The notes beneath the pieces were generated by a model, which saw nothing but the letters and a program-made list of their open reading frames with translations, was not told the DNA's origin and did not search any database. The translations under genes and the position numbers were made by a program. Of a DNA stretch of 64,000 nt, positions 45,649 through 52,851 are shown in pieces; positions within the stretch are counted from its first letter, which is position 1; each line of letters starts with the position of its first letter. Source of the stretch: Oscillospiraceae bacterium (GTDB lineage Bacteria > Bacillota > Clostridia > Oscillospirales > Oscillospiraceae); the NCBI GenBank assembly GCA_045628845.1, contig JAZQQE010000067.1:915-64914 (forward strand), in the 5' to 3' direction.

Positions 45649-45653
45649 AAATT

Positions 45654-46961
45654 TTATTTCGCTTTGCCGTTCTTGGCGGCCTTCATGCTGTCGTACATCC
45701 TCGAGCGGCGGTTTTTGACCTCATCGGACATCGGCGCGATGTCGCCGGTGCGCGTCAGGGCTATCTTCGTGAGCAGCGGGCCGACGAGCTCGTATATGAG
45801 CACGGAGAACAGGACGATATTGCGGATGAGGACGCCGCTGACCTCGAGCGATGACGCCGTTATCGACATCCCGAGCGCGACGCCCGCCTGCGGCAGCAGC
45901 GTTATTCCGAGCCACTTCGATACGTCGTCATCGACCTTCACAAGCTTCGCGCTGCCGAGCGAACCGAGATATTTGCCTGCGGAACGTACTATTATGTAAA
46001 CCAATCCTATCCCCACGACGACTATGTCGCCGAACACGCTCAGCTCGAGCTCCGAGCCGGAGAGGACGAAAAAGAGCGCGAAGAGAGGTACGGTCCACTT
46101 GTCGGCCTTGTCCATGAGGTCGGGCGAGAAGTCGCAGAGATTGCAGAACACCGTGCCGAGCATCATGCAGACGAGGAGCACGGAGAAGCTGATCGTCACG
46201 GCCCCGATATGTATCTGGAGCATCGAAAGGCCGACGGCGAGCAGTACGAACGTGACCGAGAGGCAAAGGCGCTTGCTGTTGGAGTTGAACCAGCGCTCCA
46301 TCTTCGAGAACAGAAGACCAAGCACCGCGCCGAGCAGAAGAGACGCCGCGACCTCTATTATCGGGTTGGCGATCATGGAGACGATGTCGAACATGCCGGT
46401 CTCGAGCGATTTCGCGACTCCGAAAGAGATGGCGAAGATGACCAGTCCGACGGCGTCGTCGAGCGCGACGATGGGGAGCAGCAGGCTCGTGAGGCGGCCG
46501 CTCGCCTTGTACTGACGGACGACCATGAGCGTCGCGGCGGGAGCCGTCGCCGCGGCTATCGCGCCGAGCGTTATCGCGGCGGAGAGCGGGAGCTTGTCGC
46601 CCACTATGAAGTGCAGTCCGATGAGTGCGAGGTCGACGAGCACGCTCGCAGTGACGGCCTGAAGTATGCCGATGACCGTCGCCTGCCTGCCGTTGCCCTT
46701 GAGCTGGGAGATGCGGAACTCGTTTCCGATCGCGAAGGCGATGAATCCGAGCGCCACCTGCGAGAGCAGGTTGAGCGAGACCACCTCATCGTGCGTGCAG
46801 AAGCCGAGTCCCGGCACGCCTATGCGCCCGAGGCAATACGGCCCGATGAGCACGCCGGCGATGAGATACGCCGTGACGTCGGGGAGTTTGAGCCTTTTTA
46901 TTATTCTTGTCATCAGAAGGCCGGCGACGAGCGCAACGGCTATCGAGAGCAGCATCGTCAT
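45654..46961 (-). CDS. Cation:proton antiporter (Na+/H+ exchanger family)
   Basis: 435 aa with about 12 TM segments, a CPA-type N-terminus (LPDVTAYLIAGVLIGP) and a short soluble C-terminal tail. Confidence 0.8.
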   Translation of the reverse strand: MTMLLSIAVALVAGLLMTRIIKRLKLPDVTAYLIAGVLIGPYCLGRIGVPGLGFCTHDEVVSLNLLSQVALGFIAFAIGNEFRISQLKGNGRQATVIGILQAVTASVLVDLALIGLHFIVGDKLPLSAAITLGAIAAATAPAATLMVVRQYKASGRLTSLLLPIVALDDAVGLVIFAISFGVAKSLETGMFDIVSMIANPIIEVAASLLLGAVLGLLFSKMERWFNSNSKRLCLSVTFVLLAVGLSMLQIHIGAVTISFSVLLVCMMLGTVFCNLCDFSPDLMDKADKWTVPLFALFFVLSGSELELSVFGDIVVVGIGLVYIIVRSAGKYLGSLGSAKLVKVDDDVSKWLGITLLPQAGVALGMSITASSLEVSGVLIRNIVLFSVLIYELVGPLLTKIALTRTGDIAPMSDEVKNRRSRMYDSMKAAKNGKAK

Positions 46962-47053
46962 GTGTAAGACACCTCACAGTTTCTGCGGAAAAACGCCGGA
47001 AAAATATGCTTATGCGCGGAATTAGTATTTTAGACCTCTTTGTCAGACATTAC

Positions 47054-47071
47054 AATATGCAAAATATGCAA
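47054..47071. repeat. Perfect tandem duplication AATATGCAA x2
   Basis: The copies lie at 47054-47062 and 47063-47071, in the AT-rich divergent intergenic region. Confidence 0.8.
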
Positions 47072-47159
47072 ATTTGATTTTTGTACATTTATTCATTTTC
47101 GCGTAATAATGATCATCGGATGTTGAAATACCTTATGGCGTTTCAATAAGCCTCATTGC

Positions 47160-47226
47160 AATGACTATCGTAGATTTGTTGTCGAAACAATCTTATCACA
47201 GATTGTTTCGACCCTCGATAGTCATT
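47160..47226. repeat. Nested perfect inverted repeats (11-bp outer arms, 13-bp inner arms)
   Basis: The outer arms are AATGACTATCG (47160-47170) and CGATAGTCATT (47216-47226). The inner arms are GTCGAAACAATCT (47181-47193) and AGATTGTTTCGAC (47200-47212), with a 6-nt loop. Confidence 0.85.
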
Positions 47227-47316
47227 ATAAAAACCCTATTGCCTTTTAGGGATATTACGGTTATACTTGAATTTAATATATAATAATATCTATTTTGTAT
47301 CGGCGGTGGAACGACA

Positions 47317-47952
47317 ATGATCCCGAATGCTGCTTTTGACGTCGTCGGACTGTGCAGGTCCTACGGCGGGCGCAGGGTGCTCGAGCCCATCAGCTTCCGC
47401 GTATCCGGAGGCACGGGTCTCGCGCTCCTCGGCGAGAACGGCTCGGGTAAATCCACGCTGATGCGTCTGCTCGCGCAGGTCGAAAAGCCCGACTCCGGAA
47501 GCCTCTTCTTCTGCGGCAAAAATGTTCTCGGAGACAGAGCGTTCCTGCGCTCGGAGATAGGCTACGTCCCGCAGGAGCTCTCACTCGACGACAGTCTGAC
47601 GGTCGCGCAGCAGCTCTCCCTCTGGCGGGCGGCCTGCGGATGCCGCGCCAACGCGGAGGCGGAGGACCTCATGGGTCTCGCGCCCCTGCGGAAAAAGCGG
47701 ATAAGCGAGCTCTCCGGCGGTCAGGCAAGGCGCGTCAGCATCGCCATGGCGCTCATGAATTCGCCGACCGTCCTCCTTCTCGACGAGGCAACGGAGGGGC
47801 TCGACGAGGCGTACCGCGAGGCTCTAACGGCGCATCTTGCGGGCTTCATCGGTGCGGGAGGCATACTCATTTTCGCCACGCACCGCTCCGAGGAGGCGGC
47901 ACGGCTCTGCCGGGCGGGCATAACGCTCCGCGGCGGCGCCGTCGTCAGATAG
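47317..47952 (+). CDS. ABC transporter ATP-binding protein
   Basis: It has Walker A GENGSGKST, the signature LSGGQARR and Walker B LLLDEAT. The RBS is GGTGGA. Confidence 0.9.
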   Translation: MIPNAAFDVVGLCRSYGGRRVLEPISFRVSGGTGLALLGENGSGKSTLMRLLAQVEKPDSGSLFFCGKNVLGDRAFLRSEIGYVPQELSLDDSLTVAQQLSLWRAACGCRANAEAEDLMGLAPLRKKRISELSGGQARRVSIAMALMNSPTVLLLDEATEGLDEAYREALTAHLAGFIGAGGILIFATHRSEEAARLCRAGITLRGGAVVR

Positions 47953-48000
47953 TATATTCACGTCAAAAAATATAGAAAATAGATCAAGGAGGTCCCATCC

Positions 48001-50358
48001 ATGTTCTGCACCAACTGCGGCAAGCAGGTCCCCGACGGAAGCGTGTTCTGCACCGGCTGCGGCACAAAGCTTTGCTTTGCTCAGGTCGTGGAGAACGCCG
48101 TTCCCGAGCAGCCCGCATTCACGGCCCCCGCTCCCGAGCAGCCCGTCTTCACCCAGTCCCAGCAGCCCGTCGCTCCCGCTCCCGAAGAGCCCGTCTTCAA
48201 GGCTCCCGAAGAGCCGGTATTCACTCAGCCCGAGCAGCCGGTCTTCACCGCTCCCCAGCAGCCCGCGTACGCCCAGCAGCCCGCGTATACCGCGCCCGCT
48301 GCCCAGGCTCCCAAAAAGGCGCCCAAGCTCGGCCTCATCATCGGCATAGCGGCCGCCGTAGTAGTTATCGCGGCGCTCGTCGTGATGTTCCTCACCGGAG
48401 TCTTCGGCGGACCCAAGGGCAAGGTCGAAAAGGCCGCGCTCAAATCCGTCAAGGCTTACTCCTCCGCCTTCGATGCGCTCGGTGCTCCCGATTTCAAGGA
48501 CATCATCAAGAGCCAGAAGTTCTCCGAGGCGCTCAGCTTCACGGTCAAGGAAGTCGAGGGCGACACCTCCTTCAAGGGTCTCGGTGCCCGCATGGACGTC
48601 AACTGCAACACCGACGACCGCCACATAGATGCCTCCATCGTTCCGTATTTTGAAAACGGTGACATCGCCGCCATCCAGCTCCTCATCGACAATTCCAAGC
48701 TCTACATAGGCTCTCCCGAGATCACCGACGGCGAGTTTTACGGGCTTGACACCGCCACTCTCGGCAGGGATCTCGCCGAGCTCACCGGCGACGACGAGAT
48801 CGAGGATATCGGCTTCAATCTCTTCGACCTCCTCGACTCCGCCGAAAAGGTCTCCAAGGACAGCGTGAACGAGAAGGGCATCGACTCCGCGAACAAGGCG
48901 CTCGTCAAGGCTATCGAGGTCAAGAAGGACGGCAAGGAGACCATCAGCGTCAACGGCAGCTCCGTCAAGGCCGACAAGTACCTCGTCGTCATCCCGCAGA
49001 AGGCTCTTGAAGCCTACGTCGACAATCTCGCCAAGAGCTTCGACCTCGGCAAGTACGGCGACGGCCTCGCCGATATCTTTGAGTCCATCGGTCTTCCCGA
49101 CGACTACGTCGACGACATCCGCGATGCCTTTGACGACATCGACATGGACGACCTCACCGACGCCATCAAGGATGATCTCCTCGACGAGCTCGGCGACATT
49201 GAATTCGAAGCCTACGTGAGCGGCGGCTACATCTCCGCCATCATCTTCGAGAAGAAGTTCGACGGCGACAAGTACTGCCTCGAGCTCTACCTCGGCGGCG
49301 GCAAGGAGTACGTCGATGATATCAGCTTCGTTTACTCCGAAAAGTACGACAGCTGGACCGACGAATACACCTTCACCTCCTCCGGCAACCACGCCGGCAA
49401 GGGCGGTGAGTTCACCGACTCCTCCAAGCTCGTCAACAAGTGGGACGACAACAAGGACGTTCTCTTCACCATGGATACCGAGTATGCCAAGAAGTCCGGC
49501 GACCTCGAATTCCGTCTCGTCATCGACGAGGACGACGAGCTCAAGGCCTCCGGCACGCTCGTCATGGACGCCAAGAATCTCGATCTGAACCTTGACGACT
49601 TCAAGGTCAAGTCCTACGGCGACACCGTTTTCAGCGGCGAGCTCGGATTCAAGCTTGCTCCCTACTCCAAGGGCAGCATCTCGGCCGGTAACGCGAGGAT
49701 GCTCGCCGACATGGACGAGGAAGACTTCGAGGAGATCGGAACTACCGTGACCGAGAATCTCGAGGAGATCTCCGAGGACCTCGGCATCGACCTTCCGTTC
49801 CTCCGTCCGGCTCAGGTCTGGACTCAGGAAGACTACGATAACGGCGTGTACTACGGCTACGACTACGGCTACGAGGTCGGCTACGACGACGGCTGGGACG
49901 AGGTCGACTACGCCGATAATTACGACGACGATCCCGAGAGCGAGGGCTTCTACAACCAGAGCGACGCCTTCATTGAAGGCTACCTGGAAGGCTACGACTG
50001 GGGCTACTACGACGGCTACTACGACGGCTATCCCGGATACTCCCGCTACACCAGCTACGGTGAAAGCTACCCCGGCAGCGGCGGCGCATTTGAAGACGGC
50101 TCCGATTCCTACACTCAGGGTCTCGACGCAGGCTATGACGAGGCCTACGAGGTCGGTTATCAGGACGGCTGGGACGAGGTCGACTGGGGTCAGAACTATT
50201 TCGATGATCCCGAGGACTACGGCTACTACGGAATGGACAGCGAGTTCTGCGACGGCTTCATGGAAGGCTTCTACTACGGCTATGACGACGGCTACTACGA
50301 CGGCTATCCCGGATACTCCCGCTACACCAGCTACGGCGACTCCGCCTACTGGTGGTAA
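48001..50358 (+). CDS. Zinc-ribbon single-pass membrane protein with Pro-rich linker, large extracytoplasmic region and duplicated Tyr/Gly/Asp-rich C-terminal module
   Basis: The RBS is AGGAGG. It has MFCTNCGKQVPDGSVFCTGCGTKL, about 8 degenerate PEQPVFT units, a TM segment LGLIIGIAAAVVVIAALVVMFLTGVF, and two ~92-aa YGD-rich units at the C-terminus. Confidence 0.8.
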   Translation: MFCTNCGKQVPDGSVFCTGCGTKLCFAQVVENAVPEQPAFTAPAPEQPVFTQSQQPVAPAPEEPVFKAPEEPVFTQPEQPVFTAPQQPAYAQQPAYTAPAAQAPKKAPKLGLIIGIAAAVVVIAALVVMFLTGVFGGPKGKVEKAALKSVKAYSSAFDALGAPDFKDIIKSQKFSEALSFTVKEVEGDTSFKGLGARMDVNCNTDDRHIDASIVPYFENGDIAAIQLLIDNSKLYIGSPEITDGEFYGLDTATLGRDLAELTGDDEIEDIGFNLFDLLDSAEKVSKDSVNEKGIDSANKALVKAIEVKKDGKETISVNGSSVKADKYLVVIPQKALEAYVDNLAKSFDLGKYGDGLADIFESIGLPDDYVDDIRDAFDDIDMDDLTDAIKDDLLDELGDIEFEAYVSGGYISAIIFEKKFDGDKYCLELYLGGGKEYVDDISFVYSEKYDSWTDEYTFTSSGNHAGKGGEFTDSSKLVNKWDDNKDVLFTMDTEYAKKSGDLEFRLVIDEDDELKASGTLVMDAKNLDLNLDDFKVKSYGDTVFSGELGFKLAPYSKGSISAGNARMLADMDEEDFEEIGTTVTENLEEISEDLGIDLPFLRPAQVWTQEDYDNGVYYGYDYGYEVGYDDGWDEVDYADNYDDDPESEGFYNQSDAFIEGYLEGYDWGYYDGYYDGYPGYSRYTSYGESYPGSGGAFEDGSDSYTQGLDAGYDEAYEVGYQDGWDEVDWGQNYFDDPEDYGYYGMDSEFCDGFMEGFYYGYDDGYYDGYPGYSRYTSYGDSAYWW
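50011..50060 (+). repeat. 50-nt perfect direct repeat, copy 1 (inside the CDS)
   Basis: GACGGCTACTACGACGGCTATCCCGGATACTCCCGCTACACCAGCTACGG is identical to 50287-50336. The offset of 276 nt equals 92 codons. Confidence 0.9.
50287..50336 (+). repeat. 50-nt perfect direct repeat, copy 2 (inside the CDS)
   Basis: Identical to 50011-50060. Confidence 0.9.
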
Positions 50359-50364
50359 GTTCCG

Positions 50365-51552
50365 TTGAGCACGTTACGGCTTTATTTTGAACTTTTAATA
50401 CGTGATTTGGGCAAACTCTGCCGGCAGCTCATGCTGCCGGCAGTGCTTGTCCTTTTTTGTGCTGCTCTGCTCGCAGGTCCCGCGGCAGAGGCTCTGCTCA
50501 CCGACGGCGTCGATTTCGAGGGTCTGACCATAGCGGTCACGGCAGACGACGGTGACGGAGCGCCGGAGCTTATCGAGACGATAGGCGGCAATCTGCGCGA
50601 CGTCAGGCAGTACTGCACCTTTGCCGCGATGAGCCGCGGTGAGGCGGAATCCGCTCTGCACGGCGGGACGGTCGCCGCCGTGCTCGACCTGCCGCCGGGC
50701 TTCCTGCGCGGAGTCATGGACAGTACCAATCCCGACGTCACGCTGACGGTACCGTCCGACACGCCGCTCCGCTCCCTGCTCACCTGCACGGCGGGCACCG
50801 CCGCGGCAGACATGCTCGACGCCTTTCAGCGCGCCATATACGCCGTGCTCGACTCCTACGACGTCTCCCCCGCTCCCGGGCTGTCGCGCGACGACGTGAC
50901 GCTGCAGATAAATCTGCGCTGCATAGGCTGGGCGCTCGGGCGTGAAAAGAGCTTCGTCTATTCCTCCGTCAGCCCCGCGGGCGCGCTCGACCCCGCGCGG
51001 CACTACACGCTGAGCCTGCTCGCGTATTTCGTGCTCGCCTGCGCGCCGCTCGCCGCCGGTTTGTACGCCGCGCCGCGGCTGCGCGCGTACAGACGGCTCC
51101 GCTGTGCCGGGCACGGCGCGGGAGTATACTGGGCGTCCGCCGTCACGGCATCGGCGCTCGTTCTGCTCCCGGCCGTATTCGTGCTCACGCTGCTCGCGGG
51201 CACGGAGCCCCTGCGTGCGCTCGGCTCCGCGGCGGCGTGGTCTCTTTTCGCCGCGGTCTCGTACGCTTTCTTCTCGCTTCTCATGCCGACCGTCTCCGGC
51301 AGCGGGACGGTCTCCTTCCTCACGGCGTTCGCGGCGCTCTTCCTCTCGGGCGGGATACTTCCGCCCGCGCTGCTCCCGCGTACGCTGCAAAACGCCGCGT
51401 GGCTCTCCCCCGTGACGGCCATGCGCTCCCTTGCGGCGGGTGAGCCCGGGGCTCTGCCTCTCGCCGCGTTCTGCGTATGGTGCGCCCTGCTCGCCGCGGC
51501 GGGCCTGCTGCTCTGCCGCCGCAGGATGGAAAGGGGTGAAGGCTCTCAATGA
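50365..51552 (+). CDS. ABC-2 type transporter permease
   Basis: 395 aa, with one N-terminal TM, a large loop and then a C-terminal bundle of about 5 TM. The apparent TTG start is 6 nt after the upstream stop; an internal ATG at 50431 is an alternative. Confidence 0.7.
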   Translation: MSTLRLYFELLIRDLGKLCRQLMLPAVLVLFCAALLAGPAAEALLTDGVDFEGLTIAVTADDGDGAPELIETIGGNLRDVRQYCTFAAMSRGEAESALHGGTVAAVLDLPPGFLRGVMDSTNPDVTLTVPSDTPLRSLLTCTAGTAAADMLDAFQRAIYAVLDSYDVSPAPGLSRDDVTLQINLRCIGWALGREKSFVYSSVSPAGALDPARHYTLSLLAYFVLACAPLAAGLYAAPRLRAYRRLRCAGHGAGVYWASAVTASALVLLPAVFVLTLLAGTEPLRALGSAAAWSLFAAVSYAFFSLLMPTVSGSGTVSFLTAFAALFLSGGILPPALLPRTLQNAAWLSPVTAMRSLAAGEPGALPLAAFCVWCALLAAAGLLLCRRRMERGEGSQ

Positions 51553-52550
51553 GGTACTTCTTCCGTTCCTTCATGCTCGCCCTCGGCGATACGGTGCGCC
51601 GTCCGCGCGATCTGATAGCCTGCGCAGTGCTCCCGCTGCTCGCGGCGCTCTTCCTGCTCGCAGTACCGTCGGACGAGCTCGCCGCGCCCGTGCGTGTCGG
51701 CGTCGTCTCCGAATGTGAGGGCGACTCGCTGAGCCCTCTCCTTGAGGAATACTCCGGCGTCATCAGCTTTGTCCCGGCAGAACGTGAGACGATGGAGCGC
51801 GAGGTCGCCGTTTCGCGCTGGGACTGCGGCATTATCATCCCGGAGGATTTTGCGGAGCGCGTCTCGGAGCTTGATACCGAGCGTCTGCTGACGCTTGTGA
51901 CGGGCCCCGGCTCGACAGCGTACCCCATCGTGCGCGAGGCGGTAAGCGCCTGCCTCGCGCGGCTCATCGCGCCGGGGATGGCCGGGGATTACATGGAAAG
52001 CGCCGGGATAGTCCCCTCCGGCATCGAGTCCGGCGCGGAGCGCGTCGACGTGATAGTGGTGACGGCGGAGGGCGCTCCCTCCGAGCCCGGAAAGCTCGCG
52101 GAAAGCGTTTGGTCCCGCCTTGCGATGGCGGCTCTCTCGGCCGCGGCGGCGGTCTACGTCCTGCTGATATCCTGCGACGTTGGGCTCCGGTACTGCGGCA
52201 GTGCGGGGCGCATAGAGCGCAGGCTCCGCCCCGGAACGCTCGTACTTCTCCCCCGCGTGCTCGCGCCGCTCGTGCCGCTCGCGGCGGCGGTCGCGCTCTC
52301 GGCACTCATACTCTCGGACTTCACGCTGATGGCTCCGCTCGCGGAGCTGCTCGCCCTGCTCGCGTCGCTCTCTCTGCTCGTCAGCCGCATCAAAGGCGCT
52401 CCTGCGGCGCTTCCCGTGCTTGTCCCGTTCGTACCGGTCGTGGCATTCCTCTGCGCGTTTCTGCCGCGTACGTGGCTTCTGCTGCCCGCGGCGGGCGTCC
52501 TGCTCGTGTTGTCGCTTCTGTGCGACGTCCGGATACGCAGACGCGCGTGA
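51549..52550 (+). CDS. ABC-2 type transporter permease (second subunit)
   Basis: 333 aa with the same topology as the preceding gene. Its start overlaps the upstream stop (ATGA). Confidence 0.7.
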   Translation: MRYFFRSFMLALGDTVRRPRDLIACAVLPLLAALFLLAVPSDELAAPVRVGVVSECEGDSLSPLLEEYSGVISFVPAERETMEREVAVSRWDCGIIIPEDFAERVSELDTERLLTLVTGPGSTAYPIVREAVSACLARLIAPGMAGDYMESAGIVPSGIESGAERVDVIVVTAEGAPSEPGKLAESVWSRLAMAALSAAAAVYVLLISCDVGLRYCGSAGRIERRLRPGTLVLLPRVLAPLVPLAAAVALSALILSDFTLMAPLAELLALLASLSLLVSRIKGAPAALPVLVPFVPVVAFLCAFLPRTWLLLPAAGVLLVLSLLCDVRIRRRA

Positions 52551-52572
52551 GAGCGATTTCCGCAAAGCAAAA

Positions 52573-52594
52573 ACAGCGTCCGAAAACGGGACAG
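52573..52594. repeat. Left arm of a long-range inverted repeat
   Basis: ACAGCGTCCG-AAAA-CGGGACAG is complementary to 52816-52837, and the flanking A and T runs extend the pairing. Confidence 0.75.
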
Positions 52595-52731
52595 TCAGAT
52601 AAGGAGAGAGGCGCAGGCGGAATTTTCGTTTTCGAACGAAGGCGTATGCCGATACGTCGAGCGAGAAAACGGAAATAGGCAAAAAACCTTTGAAATCTCT
52701 TGCGAAGCAAGTCATTACTCATAGAAACAGT

Positions 52732-52775
52732 AAAGCCGGGATAGAAGTTTTCGCTTCTATCCCGGGCTTTTTATA
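52732..52775 (+). terminator. Intrinsic terminator of the ABC operon
   Basis: AAGCCGGGATAGAAG-TTTTCG-CTTCTATCCCGGGCTT is followed by TTTTATATTGTTTTTT. Confidence 0.8.
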
Positions 52776-52815
52776 TTGTTTTTTGCTGTTCCGGCAAGAA
52801 AAAATCCTTAGATGG

Positions 52816-52837
52816 CTGTCCCGAAAGCGGACGCTGT
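52816..52837. repeat. Right arm of the long-range inverted repeat
   Basis: CTGTCCCG-AAAG-CGGACGCTGT is followed by TTTTTT, and it ends 14 nt before the stop codon of the convergent O-antigen-ligase-like gene. Confidence 0.75.
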
Positions 52838-52851
52838 TTTTTTCTATAATG

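Noticed and set aside
47081-47096. An ARG-box-like ATGAATAAATGTACAA (minus strand) upstream of the antiporter gene, taken as evidence of an ArgR regulon member.
   Set aside because: Such matches are expected by chance in a 355-bp stretch that is about 70% AT. I kept it only as a side note to the dxs-promoter observation.
47160-47226. Classifying the nested hairpin as an intrinsic terminator or as a known riboswitch.
   Set aside because: No U tract follows it on either strand, and the flanking genes are transcribed away from it or start downstream of it. I could not recognise conserved cores of known riboswitch classes (TPP, SAM, FMN, glycine, c-di-AMP ydaO, and others) by eye. It is therefore reported only as an unexplained structure.
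48097-48300. A short-period DNA repetition that could be mistaken for a CRISPR-like or VNTR array.
   Set aside because: The units are degenerate, contiguous (no spacers), in frame, and encode a Pro-rich linker of a clearly coding gene. No cas genes are present in the window.
47824-49392. A 522-aa minus-strand ORF overlapping the ABC ATPase 3' end and the zinc-ribbon gene.
   Set aside because: It is antisense to a gene with a strong RBS and a clear zinc-ribbon/TM architecture. Its translation is a repetitive G/V/D/E/L string mirroring the acidic sense protein.
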